Positions 28,958 through 38,851 of a DNA stretch of 48,328 bases are shown piece by piece. Origin of the DNA: Chloroflexota bacterium (lineage in GTDB: Bacteria; Chloroflexota; Anaerolineae; J102). The notes beneath the pieces are model-generated. The model was given only the letters and a program-made list of their open reading frames with translations, had not been told where the DNA came from and did not search any database. The translations under genes and the position numbers were made by a program. Where the stretch lies: the NCBI GenBank assembly GCA_024224665.1, contig JAAENG010000017.1, positions 1-48,328 of the forward strand, given 5' to 3'. Within the stretch, counting starts at the first letter, position 1; each line of letters begins with the position of its first letter.

Positions 28958-30412
28958 ATGACGGACTATCAAAGAGTCCTTTTAGAGATCTTCGAGCACG
29001 TCGATTACAGTCGCTCTCGACAGATACCTTACAACGCCAGCACCTATAATCTCGGCCGCATGCGGGAATTGTGCAAACGTCTGGGGAATCCTCAGGATCA
29101 ATATCCATCTTTGCACATTGCCGGCAGCAAAGGCAAAGGTTCGACAGCCGCTATGGCCACCGCTATCTTGCAAGCGGCTGGATATCGCACCGGTCTATAC
29201 ACATCACCCCATTTGCACAGCTTCCGCGAGCGCATGCGCATCGACGGCGAACTGATTACACAAGAACAGCTCATTGAATTGTGGGGTCATGTCCGGCCCA
29301 TTGTGCGATCGCTCGAACGTACAACGACATTCGAGATCATCACCGCCTTGGCGTTTATGCATTTCAGCCGATCTCATGTCGGTTGGGCTGTGATGGAAGT
29401 CGGATTGGGTGGACGTCTCGACGCTACCAACGTGATACAATCTCAAGCATGCGCCATCACTTCACTCAGCTTCGAACATACCGACCTATTAGGCCATACG
29501 CTCAGCCTCATCGCCTTTGAAAAAGCAGGCATCATTAAATATGGTAACCCTGTTGTCGTAGGGCCGCAAGCGCCGGAAGCTATTTCGGTGATAGAAGACG
29601 TGGCAGAACAGACTGGCGCCAAATTGTGGCATGTCGGAGATGCTCATGAGCATCAGAATGGTTCCAAAAAAGTGCCTGATTGGCGTTGGATTCTGCATAA
29701 AGCTGACTCATCCGGCTTATGGTTGGATATCGTCAGCCCAGATGTGAAGATAAATGATATCGTCGTTCCCTTGGTGGGGTACCACCAGGCCGCTAATGCA
29801 ACTGTTGCCGTTGCCCTTGTACACACGTTACGCCAATCGGGCATCGAGATACCGGTCGCAGCCATTCGCGATGGTCTTGCACAGACCTACTGGCCTGGCC
29901 GCCTGGAGCGCCTTAATGAGGAGCCGCTCATCATTGTAGACAGCGCGCACAATGGCCAGAGTGCGGAGCGGCTAGAGCATTCTTTGCAATTGTTCCAATA
30001 TAAACGTCTGATATTGATTTTCGGTGCGTCGGCTGACAAGGATATCCAAGGTATGCTTGCGGTTCTGGCGCCACAAGCAGCCGCCATCTTGGTGACCCGC
30101 AGTTTTCACCCGCGTGCCGCAGAGCCGAAGACATTGGCCGAACTGGCGCGAGAGATCGCCCCAGATGTACCTGTCCATGTATTCGACGATGCCATTCCGG
30201 CATTGGAACTGGCGACCTCTTGGGCAGACAAAGAGGACCTCATTCTGGTTACCGGCTCTATATTTGTGGTCGCAGCGGCGCGCGAGGCATGGCGCGACAT
30301 CAGCCCCGGTTCATTGCCGCCAGAGGACTGGGCCTATCAAGCCGAGCCTATCGATGGTGAATTTGCACCCATGTTGAAAGACAGCTCACAGCACATACCT
30401 GAAAGCTTCTGA
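28958..30412 (+). CDS. folC: Folylpolyglutamate synthase/dihydrofolate synthase
   Basis: HIAGSKGKGST, YTSPHL...ER, EVGLGGRLDATN, EKAGIIK, WPGRLE, DSAHN, VTGS. Confidence 0.96.
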   Translation: MTDYQRVLLEIFEHVDYSRSRQIPYNASTYNLGRMRELCKRLGNPQDQYPSLHIAGSKGKGSTAAMATAILQAAGYRTGLYTSPHLHSFRERMRIDGELITQEQLIELWGHVRPIVRSLERTTTFEIITALAFMHFSRSHVGWAVMEVGLGGRLDATNVIQSQACAITSLSFEHTDLLGHTLSLIAFEKAGIIKYGNPVVVGPQAPEAISVIEDVAEQTGAKLWHVGDAHEHQNGSKKVPDWRWILHKADSSGLWLDIVSPDVKINDIVVPLVGYHQAANATVAVALVHTLRQSGIEIPVAAIRDGLAQTYWPGRLERLNEEPLIIVDSAHNGQSAERLEHSLQLFQYKRLILIFGASADKDIQGMLAVLAPQAAAILVTRSFHPRAAEPKTLAELAREIAPDVPVHVFDDAIPALELATSWADKEDLILVTGSIFVVAAAREAWRDISPGSLPPEDWAYQAEPIDGEFAPMLKDSSQHIPESF

Positions 30413-30431
30413 TCACATATAATTTTATTCT

Positions 30432-30606
30432 CAGTAGATCCATATTCCACATCAGATGCTTCTCCATACCGTAAACCGGTAAACCTGAATACCGGAAAAC
30501 CGGGTGAATTACGCCTTGATATGCGTTTGGGCGGTGTATCCCGGTCTACTGTTCTACTGGTACCCGGTCTACAAACGCATCAACACGCCACTTTTTGGAT
30601 CTACTG
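30432..30606 (+). mobile_element. Family A MITE, best-preserved copy (175 bp, 11-bp TIR, 5-bp TSD)
   Basis: CAGTAGATCCA...TGGATCTACTG flanked by ATTCT on both sides. Confidence 0.88.
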
Positions 30607-30707
30607 ATTCTGAGTCCTTAACGTACCTTCTTATACATATGTCATTTATTATTAGGAGATGAGTTGATGAGGGATTAGAGGTTTTCGCCATTGCCATTCA
30701 TGAACCC

Positions 30708-30728
30708 TCTCTGATCTCTGATCTCTAA
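30708..30728. repeat. Short heptamer run TCTCTGA x2 + TCTCTAA before the lon start
   Basis: Direct reading; a partly complementary ATTAGAG lies upstream at about 30674. Confidence 0.55.
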
Positions 30729-30739
30729 TTACCCACCCT

Positions 30740-33208
30740 ATGGATCAACACGACTTTGACCGCTTTGCCTGGAACCTGAGTGAGGAATTCACTTTTCTCA
30801 ACGCTACCCTGCAAGGAGCAGAACGAGACGACATCGATATACCGCACCAAATTGCGGAAGATCGTATCGATGAATATCCGGTTGTCGCTTCTATCGACAC
30901 CGTTGTTTTCCCCAAATTGGCCGCCCCGTTATTTATCGGCAGAGATTTTTCGCGTCGCGCCGTTGAAGCGGCTCAAGATGAAGATCTACCCCTGCTGGTT
31001 GTGGCACAACGGGATCCAAACATTGAATTTCCTACAGTAACTGATCTTTACGCGATGGGGACTGAGGTGACCATTGGCCGCGTCTTGCGCATGCCAGACG
31101 GTACACAAAGTGTCTTTTGTCACGGCGAATTTCGTGTTGAGATCCTCGAAGTCGTACATGAGCGCCCTTACTTACGTGTCAAGGGCCGCCGTTTCACCGA
31201 GCCGGTCGAAATCGAGGAAGATATCGAGATCTTGATGCGGGCTGTGCTCGCTTTATACGAGAAGATCGTGTTTCTCAGCCAGAGTATTCCCGAAGAAGCC
31301 CTTGTAGCCGCCATGAATCTTGAGGATCCCGGCTGGTTATCTGACCTTATAACTTCAACGCTTAGCATATCTATCTCTAAACGGCAGGCTGTTCTGGAGA
31401 TGCTGGATCCGATCACCCGGCTCAGTCAAACCAGTATTACATTGGCAGAAGAACTCGACGTGCTTGAACTGGAAAACCAGATCCACGAACAGGTCCAACA
31501 GCAGATGGACCATTCTCAACGCGAATATTTTTTGCGCGAGCAACTGCGGGCTATTCAAGAGGAATTGGGTGAGGGAGATGAATTCAATCGTGATGTACTT
31601 GAGTTACGCCAACGCATTACCGAATCCGAAGTGCCGGAGGAAGTCAGGGCTAAGGCCGAGAAAGAACTGACCCGGCTGGCAGCCATGCCCTCGATGGCGC
31701 CTGAAAGTGGTGTAGTGCGCACTTATCTGGAATGGATACTCGACTTGCCCTGGGGCGAAGCAGGTCCAGACAACATGAATGTGCTCGACGCAGAAAAGGT
31801 GTTGGAGTCACATCATTATGGCCTCGAAAAAGCCAAAGAGCGGATCATCGAACACATTGCCGTGCGGAAATTGGCGGGCGATAACATGCGAACCCCGATT
31901 CTGTGCTTTGTGGGGCCTCCTGGCACTGGAAAGACCTCTATCGGCCGTTCTGTTGCTCAGGCTCTGGGGCGGAAATTCGTGCGGATCTCTTTAGGGGGCA
32001 TCCGAGATGAAGCAGAGATTCGGGGTCATCGGCGCACGTACATTGGCGCTATGCCCGGACGAGTGATTCAGACCATGCGCAATGTGGGGACAGTCAATCC
32101 TGTCTTTATGCTCGACGAAGTCGACAAAATGGGTTTTGACTTCAGAGGTGATCCTGCGTCTGCACTGTTAGAAGTGCTGGACCCTGAACAAAATCATGCC
32201 TTCAGCGACCATTATCTGGAAGTGCCCTACGATCTGAGTAATGTCTTTTTCATTGCTACAGCCAACAATCCGTACACCATCCCCCCGGCCCTACTCGACC
32301 GAATGGAAGTGATCGAATTTCCTGGGTATGCCAGCTTCGAGAAGAATTTGATAGCGCGCAAGTATATTATACCCCGCCTTTTGTGCGAGCATGGCCTCGA
32401 AGATACCGGGCTTCGTTTCACCGAAGCTGCTATCGATGCTGTAATTCAGAACTATACGTATGAGGCCGGTGTTCGTAATCTCGAACGTGAGCTGGCTTCG
32501 ATCTGTCGGAAGGTGGCGAGACGAACGGCCGAGGGTAGAAAAACGCACAGGCGTATCACGCCCTCGACGGTTGAGAGCCATCTGGGACCACCTCGTTACG
32601 AGCAAACCAGGATCGAGGAAGAGGATCAGGTCGGGGTTGCTACCAGCCTGGCCTGGACTGAAGGCGGCGGCGATCTGATGCAGATCGAAGTCATCATTAT
32701 GCCTGGCAAAGGGGGGTTGCTCTTGACCGGGCAACTGGGCGAAGTTATGCAAGAATCGGCCCAGGCGGCGCTGTCCTACGCACGCGCTCGCTCCGATGAT
32801 TATGGTTTCGGAGATATCGATTTGGATAAAGTCGATATTCACATTCATGTCCCTGAAGGTGCTATCCCCAAAGATGGCCCTTCGGCTGGCATCACATTGG
32901 CAGCAGCCCTGGTATCGGCCATCACCGAACGCCCGATTCGCCGGGATGTAGGCATGACGGGAGAGATCACACTTCGTGGCCGGGTGTTGCCCATTGGTGG
33001 ACTCAAGGAGAAGCTTTTAACGGCGCGTCGAGGTGGCTTGAAAACCGTCATCATCCCCCAACGAAATGAAAAGGATCTGGTAGATCTACCCCGGCATATC
33101 CGCCGCAATATCGATATCAAACTGGTTAACCATTTCGACCAGGTGTTGGCTATTGCCCTGTTAGGACAGCCCGAATCGGCCAAGGCAGTGCCACAACCTT
33201 CGAACTAG
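30740..33208 (+). CDS. lon: ATP-dependent endopeptidase La
   Basis: LON N-domain, GPPGTGKTS, GHRRTYIGAMPG, LDEVDK, PKDGPSAG (Ser), GGLKEK (Lys). Confidence 0.98.
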   Translation: MDQHDFDRFAWNLSEEFTFLNATLQGAERDDIDIPHQIAEDRIDEYPVVASIDTVVFPKLAAPLFIGRDFSRRAVEAAQDEDLPLLVVAQRDPNIEFPTVTDLYAMGTEVTIGRVLRMPDGTQSVFCHGEFRVEILEVVHERPYLRVKGRRFTEPVEIEEDIEILMRAVLALYEKIVFLSQSIPEEALVAAMNLEDPGWLSDLITSTLSISISKRQAVLEMLDPITRLSQTSITLAEELDVLELENQIHEQVQQQMDHSQREYFLREQLRAIQEELGEGDEFNRDVLELRQRITESEVPEEVRAKAEKELTRLAAMPSMAPESGVVRTYLEWILDLPWGEAGPDNMNVLDAEKVLESHHYGLEKAKERIIEHIAVRKLAGDNMRTPILCFVGPPGTGKTSIGRSVAQALGRKFVRISLGGIRDEAEIRGHRRTYIGAMPGRVIQTMRNVGTVNPVFMLDEVDKMGFDFRGDPASALLEVLDPEQNHAFSDHYLEVPYDLSNVFFIATANNPYTIPPALLDRMEVIEFPGYASFEKNLIARKYIIPRLLCEHGLEDTGLRFTEAAIDAVIQNYTYEAGVRNLERELASICRKVARRTAEGRKTHRRITPSTVESHLGPPRYEQTRIEEEDQVGVATSLAWTEGGGDLMQIEVIIMPGKGGLLLTGQLGEVMQESAQAALSYARARSDDYGFGDIDLDKVDIHIHVPEGAIPKDGPSAGITLAAALVSAITERPIRRDVGMTGEITLRGRVLPIGGLKEKLLTARRGGLKTVIIPQRNEKDLVDLPRHIRRNIDIKLVNHFDQVLAIALLGQPESAKAVPQPSN

Positions 33209-33212
33209 ACTC

Positions 33213-34286
33213 ATGAGTAGGATACTTGCCATTCTCCTGGGTGTACTGCTCGTCGTGCTGGTCATTTACGTTGGTGTGCGTCTCCGGGGTGGGCAGATAG
33301 GATCATCTACGCCTCAACTCAATGTTGATCTTCAGGAAATCATCCCTGAGGTGTGGCAAGCGCATGAAGATGGTCTTGTTCGTATCAATATCGATGGTGA
33401 TACTCAGCAAGAGTGGATGCTCTTCTACAGATACGACGATGCTCAGTTAGGTGGTGTCATCTACGACGCGCAGAACAGGCCGCGCGGCAATGACAGCATT
33501 CCCATTCCCGAACAGACATCGGCCTATCTCGTTCCCTATCGCTTATTGCCCGATTATACTGTGCCGAAAACCAGCGGTTACCTGGGCAACGAGGATATCG
33601 ACTATAGGTTAGCTGCCGCAGATGGAGACGCAGAGAATCCAAATAAGGAGTATCTGCAAGTGCGGGGTATTTCCAGGTCGATAGTGAACCGATTCTCACT
33701 GTTTTGGTGGATTGACAAGCAGTTGGGTTATGGTGGCGCCCATGCCAGCACACCGGGTTGGTTTAGCATGTCTTACGACCATCCCTACGACTGGAATAAA
33801 TGGGATACGGGAACACCGGTCATAAAGAGCTTATGGGCATGGGAGTCGCAAACGGATCGATCCAATTTTTGCAGACGCGCACAGTGGCGCCTGGACGAAG
33901 GGGAGGACCCAAAACTCGAGAGCCATTTTGTGGCATTTTATGATGGAGACATCACTTTTTGTAGTGGCAAGTCTCCCGTAGATCCTGCCTTCCCCGAAGC
34001 ACAGGTCATGGCTTACTTGAAAGATGGGAAGAGTAATCGCTGGCAAAATCCAAGTGATCCAAATATCCCTCAGTACCGTGGTGCAACTATCAAACGCATT
34101 ACCGCCCCTGTGGTTCTGGATGATCACGACAAAACATCAGCAAATGAGGGGATGACGGTTTTGGTTGATGTGGATTTCACTTACAATGATGTCAGTTATA
34201 GCGAGACATGGTCTGTCAACATGATTCGCCCGAAAACCACCAAGGATGCTGTGCGATGGCGCATTGTAGACGCTGTCGCACGATAG
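33213..34286 (+). CDS. Hypothetical membrane-anchored/exported protein
   Basis: 357-aa ORF starting 4 bp after the lon stop; N-terminal hydrophobic anchor; NIDGD motif. Confidence 0.8.
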   Translation: MSRILAILLGVLLVVLVIYVGVRLRGGQIGSSTPQLNVDLQEIIPEVWQAHEDGLVRINIDGDTQQEWMLFYRYDDAQLGGVIYDAQNRPRGNDSIPIPEQTSAYLVPYRLLPDYTVPKTSGYLGNEDIDYRLAAADGDAENPNKEYLQVRGISRSIVNRFSLFWWIDKQLGYGGAHASTPGWFSMSYDHPYDWNKWDTGTPVIKSLWAWESQTDRSNFCRRAQWRLDEGEDPKLESHFVAFYDGDITFCSGKSPVDPAFPEAQVMAYLKDGKSNRWQNPSDPNIPQYRGATIKRITAPVVLDDHDKTSANEGMTVLVDVDFTYNDVSYSETWSVNMIRPKTTKDAVRWRIVDAVAR

Positions 34287-34295
34287 CAGATCGCT

Positions 34296-34445
34296 GGTCG
34301 CGTGGTCTTTTGGTCGTTTAGTCGGGTGGTCTTTTGGTCGTTTAGTCGGGTGGTCTTTTGGTCGTTTAGTCGGGTGGTCTTTTGGTCGGGTGGTCGGGTG
34401 GTCTTTTGGTCGTTTAGTCGGGTGGTCTTTTGGTCGGGTGGTCGC
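34296..34445. repeat. Octamer tandem array RGTCNNNT (18 units, 24-bp higher-order period)
   Basis: (ggtctttt ggtcgttt agtcgggt)n with variants. Confidence 0.95.
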
Positions 34446-34479
34446 AGATTCACTCGGTATAATTCTTGGGAAGCTTATC

Positions 34480-34560
34480 GTCACCTTGTCACCTTGTCTT
34501 CCCCTCACCTTGCCACCCCCTCACCCTCTCACCTTGCCACCCTGTCAGATAAGAGACCAA
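34480..34560 (+). repeat. Family C element with TCACCTTG-type octamer array
   Basis: tcaccttg tcaccttg tcttcccc tcaccttg ccaccccc tcaccctc tcaccttg ccaccctg tcagataagagaccaa. Confidence 0.85.
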
Positions 34561-34729
34561 ACAAGCAAACTTTGGGATATGCGTTATAATAGAGCGTAAT
34601 GCACTCTGGGCGACTTTGCAGATATCATTACTTGGTACGATGTTCATCGCCTTGTGAGCAGATAGTATGAAAGTTATGGTACGAGTTTGAGCCATTCTCA
34701 ATCTACACTCCCCCACCGGTGGTTATATT

Positions 34730-36127
34730 ATGCCTCCCCCCATTTCTTACCCTCCCAGCGCAGGGGATATCCTTGCGGCGCTCGCGCGAGGTGCAGATGG
34801 CCGCACCGCCCTGCTCAAGGCCAAGATCAGCACCCGTAAGATCAACGAGTCACTGGTGGCCCTGGCAAATGCGCAGGGTGGCCTCGCCATTATCGGTGCT
34901 GATAGCAAGGCTATCGGTCTGGCCCAGCCGGAGCAAACACAATCTCAGGCAGCGACGGCCGCATTACTATCCGATCCTCCACTGATTTTGCCAGAGCCAT
35001 CTCTTATCGATGCCGATGGCCAAACCTTCTGTGTCATGCAAGTTCCCGCAGGGCTTCCCCGTGTCTACAGCCTGAAGGGACAGTATTTTGTAAGGGATGG
35101 CCAGCATAATCGCCCGATGTTGCCCGAGGAACTACGACGGCTTCTTATCGACCGCAATGAAGTAGGTTTCGAAACGCAATTAGTTGAAGGGGCGACCGTT
35201 GATCACCTCGACCGTGGGCGTATCCAGGCATTTGTCGACCAGTTGGATGGCGTCTTGGATGAATCTGAGGACGATTTGTTGTCTGGGCGCGGTTGTCTGG
35301 CTCAAGATAGAAATGGGCTGGCGCCCACTGTGGCAGGTGTACTCTTGTTTGCATCCGAACCGCAACGCTGGCTGCGTTCAGCCGAGATAACTTGTGTGCG
35401 TTATGCCGGCACCACCATGAGTGATGATTTTGTGCGCGAAGATGTACGGGGTGTTTTAGCGGATCAGATCAAGAGATCTGAGGCCTTTGTATCCACTAAT
35501 ATGCGTCGCGGAATGCGCATCCGTGGCCTTGCGCGCGAGGACACGCCCGAATACCCCATCTCGATTGTGCGCGAGGCGATTGTCAATGCGGTTGCTCATC
35601 GCGACTACAGCATTCGTGGCGATAATATCCGTGTGCTTATGTTCGGAGACAGGCTAGAAGTGTATTCGCCGGGGCGCTTGCCGGGGCATGTGACGGTAGA
35701 GAACATCGTTGACGAACGGTTTAGCCGCAACGAAGCCATCGTGCAGGTCTTATCGGAGATTGGATTCATCGAGCGCTTGGGATACGGCATCGACCGCATG
35801 ATTAGTGTCTGTGAGAGTGAAGAACTGCCCAAACCACGATTTGCAGAAACCGCCGCCGGGTTCAAGGTGACGATCTATGGGCATGGTCCCGAACTGATCG
35901 GCGCTCCGCCACCAAGGGGGCTCTATTCCCACCTTCGCCTTAACGCCCGCCAAGAATTGGCACTGGCGTTCTTACAGACCAATCGTCGCATTACTAACAG
36001 AGATTACCAAGGGCTATGCGCTGATACGAGCCCTGAAACATTGCGCAGAGATTTTGCAGATATGGTCGACCGCGGTATTCTCTTGAAAATCGGCGAAAAA
36101 CGTGCCACCTATTATGTACTCAAATAA
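34730..36127 (+). CDS. AlbA_2(Schlafen)-like + RecG-C/HATPase_c_4 + HTH protein
   Basis: SLVALANAQGG..IIG, REAIVNAVAHRDYS, EVYSPG, SRN, ERLGYGI, C-terminal HTH (ITNRDY..L...T.RRD). Confidence 0.85.
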   Translation: MPPPISYPPSAGDILAALARGADGRTALLKAKISTRKINESLVALANAQGGLAIIGADSKAIGLAQPEQTQSQAATAALLSDPPLILPEPSLIDADGQTFCVMQVPAGLPRVYSLKGQYFVRDGQHNRPMLPEELRRLLIDRNEVGFETQLVEGATVDHLDRGRIQAFVDQLDGVLDESEDDLLSGRGCLAQDRNGLAPTVAGVLLFASEPQRWLRSAEITCVRYAGTTMSDDFVREDVRGVLADQIKRSEAFVSTNMRRGMRIRGLAREDTPEYPISIVREAIVNAVAHRDYSIRGDNIRVLMFGDRLEVYSPGRLPGHVTVENIVDERFSRNEAIVQVLSEIGFIERLGYGIDRMISVCESEELPKPRFAETAAGFKVTIYGHGPELIGAPPPRGLYSHLRLNARQELALAFLQTNRRITNRDYQGLCADTSPETLRRDFADMVDRGILLKIGEKRATYYVLK

Positions 36128-36136
36128 CGAGCGCCT

Positions 36137-36601
36137 ATGACAGTTCAAGAGCAGATAGACAATGACCTGAAGCTGGCGATGAAATCGGGCGACGATGCCG
36201 CCAAACGCGCGTTGCGAGACGTGAAAACGGCCGTAACCCGAGCGCAAAAAAACAAGGACAACCAGCCGCTCAACGATGAAGAAACCCTCACAGTGATTCG
36301 CAAACAAGCGAAGCAGCGCCAGGACAGCATCGATGCTTATGCGCTGGCTGGGCGCCAGGACCTTGTCGCCGCAGAAAGGGCCGAATTGAACGTACTCGAG
36401 CGATACCTCCCCGCCCAGATGGATGAGGCCATGATTCGCGAGCAAGCGCAGGCGCTGATCGAGAGGACAGGTGCTGTCGACATACGAGATATGGGCAAGG
36501 TTATGGGGCCCCTCATGGCTGACTTAAAAGGGCAGGCCGACGGCCGACTTGTGAATCGAGTTGTGCGGGAGTTGCTTTCTGCCCCTCGGACCAACAGTTG
36601 A
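36137..36601 (+). CDS. yqeY: GatB/YqeY domain protein
   Basis: DLKLAMKSGD, KQRQDSI..Y..AGR.DL, YLPAQM, DMGKVMG, GQADG. Confidence 0.95.
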   Translation: MTVQEQIDNDLKLAMKSGDDAAKRALRDVKTAVTRAQKNKDNQPLNDEETLTVIRKQAKQRQDSIDAYALAGRQDLVAAERAELNVLERYLPAQMDEAMIREQAQALIERTGAVDIRDMGKVMGPLMADLKGQADGRLVNRVVRELLSAPRTNS

Positions 36602-36607
36602 GGCGCC

Positions 36608-38806
36608 GTGACTGAAGCGCCACTTTCTACGCTGGAACGAACGACGGCCAATGCGGGTGGTAACGGCGGTTTTCTCTCGCGTTGGAGCCGTGATCCCGCG
36701 CGCTGGCGAAGACGCCTGAATCTGGGTCTCTTTTCACTGGCAATGGTCGTCTCACTGTCCGCGGCTTTACTCCTGGTTTGGCCGCAGGACAGCAACCTGC
36801 AATTGCAAGAAGGCCAGATCAACCCTGTCGATGTCAGAGCACCGCGACCCACAACGTATCAGAGCGAGGTGTTGACGATACGAGAGCAAGACCGGGCCGC
36901 TGCGGGTGTTCAACCTATTTACGATCCACCTCAGACGCGTGTAGCTCGCCAGCAACTCGATAGAGCTCAAGCAGCCATCGATTTCGTCGAGCTGGTGCGT
37001 AATGACCTTTATGCCAGCGAAATACAGCAGCTCGAACAACTGACCAGTATTACACATGTTTTTCTGAGCGAGGAAATGGCCGCGACGATTTCGCAGCTGA
37101 GCGACGCTCGCTGGGAGATCGTTGCCAATGAGATCGTGCGAGTGCTTGACCGTGTGATGAGGCAGGAAGTACGAGAGGACAATGTTCAGGCAGCGCGCCG
37201 CTCGATATCAGGGTTGATTTCGTTTGGCCTGAGCGATGATGAGGCTGCCATTGCCAATGCTGTTGTGCGCGATCATGTTGTCCCCAACACCTTACTCAAT
37301 AGCGAACGTACCGATGCCGCACGGGCTGAAGCAAGCGCCAGCGTTGCGCCGGTCGAGCGTAACATCGCTGCCGGAGAGACGATTATCCGTGGGGGTGATC
37401 GGGTCGACGCACTCGACATGGAAGCTATGGAGGAGTTGGGGCTATTACGCTCGGAGACCACCTGGCGTGAGTTTCTTTCGGCATCGATTTTGTCGATCTT
37501 GCTCACGGTGTTGCTAATCATCTACGTGACATACAGGCGGGCCCATTTTTGGGAAGAGAATTTGCAGGTCTTTTTGCTAGGCGGTATTTTCATTGCTTTT
37601 ATCATCCTTGCCAAACTTACAACACCTATTCCTTCTGTTCTTCCCTACCTTTATCCTTTGGCGGCCATGGCCATGCTGCTGGGCGCCCTGATCGAGCTGC
37701 CTATCGCTACCGTGGCCACCATGATCATGGGAGTGCTAGTCGCTGTACTGACTTCAGGAGATGTAGAAGTCGTCTCGTATGTAGTTTTAGGGGCGCTGGG
37801 GGGCGCCCTGGCCCTTGGCCGGGCAGAACGTCTAAACAGTTTTGTGAAGGCGGGTTTGTGGGTCATCGTAACCAATTTGGTGGTTCTCGCCGCCTTCCAA
37901 CTACCTTTACTCACAGAAAGCGACGGCAGCAGTTTGCTGGCTTTGACGTCGAGTGCGGTCGTGAATGGAATTTTTGCCAGCAGTTTTACACTGGTTGTCT
38001 TTTATCTGCTTGGCCAGGTTTTTGGGCTGACTACCAGTCTTCAGCTTCTGGAATTATCGCGACCGACACAACCCCTTTTACGGCAGCTACTTCTAAAGGC
38101 ACCGGGCACCTACCATCATACCTTGATCGTCAGTAACATGGCCGAGGAAGCCGCCAGTGCCATAGGGGCTGACATCCTGCTTACCCGAGTTGGGGGCTAT
38201 TATCATGATATCGGCAAAACGGTACGCCCCTATTTCTTCATCGAAAACAACAGTGATGGTGTTAACCCTCACGACCGTTTAGACCCCTACACCAGTGGCC
38301 GTATCATCATTAGCCATGTGACCGATGGTGTAGATCTTGCGCAAAAACATCGTTTACCCTCTGCCATCATCGATTTTATTCGAGAGCATCATGGCACCAC
38401 CCGTGTCGAGTATTTCTACTATCAGGCTTGTCAGGAGCACGAGAGTGAAGATGCCGTCGATGAAAGCAAATTCCGCTATCCAGGCCCGCGCCCGCGTAGC
38501 CGCGAGACCGCACTGCTGATGTTGGCAGATGGATGTGAGGCCACTGTGCGCTCGATGAGCCCTGCGACCCAAGAAGAGACGCTAGAATTGATCCGCAGTG
38601 TCATTGACCGGCGTCTAATCTCTGGGCAATTAGACGATTGCCAACTTACGCTGCGTGATCTGAGTTTGGTCAGCGAATCCTTTGCCAGGGTATTGCAGGG
38701 CATACACCACCCTCGTGTGAAATACCCCGGCGATATCGCTGTTAATACAAAAACCTCATCTCGTCCGGCAAACTCAAAATCCGCGCAAGCAGTGCCTACT
38801 AGTTAA
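36608..38806 (+). CDS. 7TM-HD phosphohydrolase (PgpH-like c-di-AMP phosphodiesterase family)
   Basis: Extracellular 7TMR-HDED-like region, 7 TM, APGTYHH, YYHDIGK, FFIEN, EHHGT, MLAD. Confidence 0.92.
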   Translation: MTEAPLSTLERTTANAGGNGGFLSRWSRDPARWRRRLNLGLFSLAMVVSLSAALLLVWPQDSNLQLQEGQINPVDVRAPRPTTYQSEVLTIREQDRAAAGVQPIYDPPQTRVARQQLDRAQAAIDFVELVRNDLYASEIQQLEQLTSITHVFLSEEMAATISQLSDARWEIVANEIVRVLDRVMRQEVREDNVQAARRSISGLISFGLSDDEAAIANAVVRDHVVPNTLLNSERTDAARAEASASVAPVERNIAAGETIIRGGDRVDALDMEAMEELGLLRSETTWREFLSASILSILLTVLLIIYVTYRRAHFWEENLQVFLLGGIFIAFIILAKLTTPIPSVLPYLYPLAAMAMLLGALIELPIATVATMIMGVLVAVLTSGDVEVVSYVVLGALGGALALGRAERLNSFVKAGLWVIVTNLVVLAAFQLPLLTESDGSSLLALTSSAVVNGIFASSFTLVVFYLLGQVFGLTTSLQLLELSRPTQPLLRQLLLKAPGTYHHTLIVSNMAEEAASAIGADILLTRVGGYYHDIGKTVRPYFFIENNSDGVNPHDRLDPYTSGRIIISHVTDGVDLAQKHRLPSAIIDFIREHHGTTRVEYFYYQACQEHESEDAVDESKFRYPGPRPRSRETALLMLADGCEATVRSMSPATQEETLELIRSVIDRRLISGQLDDCQLTLRDLSLVSESFARVLQGIHHPRVKYPGDIAVNTKTSSRPANSKSAQAVPTS

Positions 38807-38851
38807 GGCTGGTGGGGCCAGATGAGTGGTTGAGTTAAACAGTTTCGCCCC

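Noticed and set aside
34296-34445. Possible CRISPR array (also considered for 1-58, 5177-5296, 40784-40879)
   Set aside because: Units are contiguous 8-mers with no unique spacers, and there are no cas genes in the window.
34137-34716. Several periodic ORFs on both strands (KRPKDHPT, VVFWSFSR etc.)
   Set aside because: Artefacts of stop-free octamer arrays.
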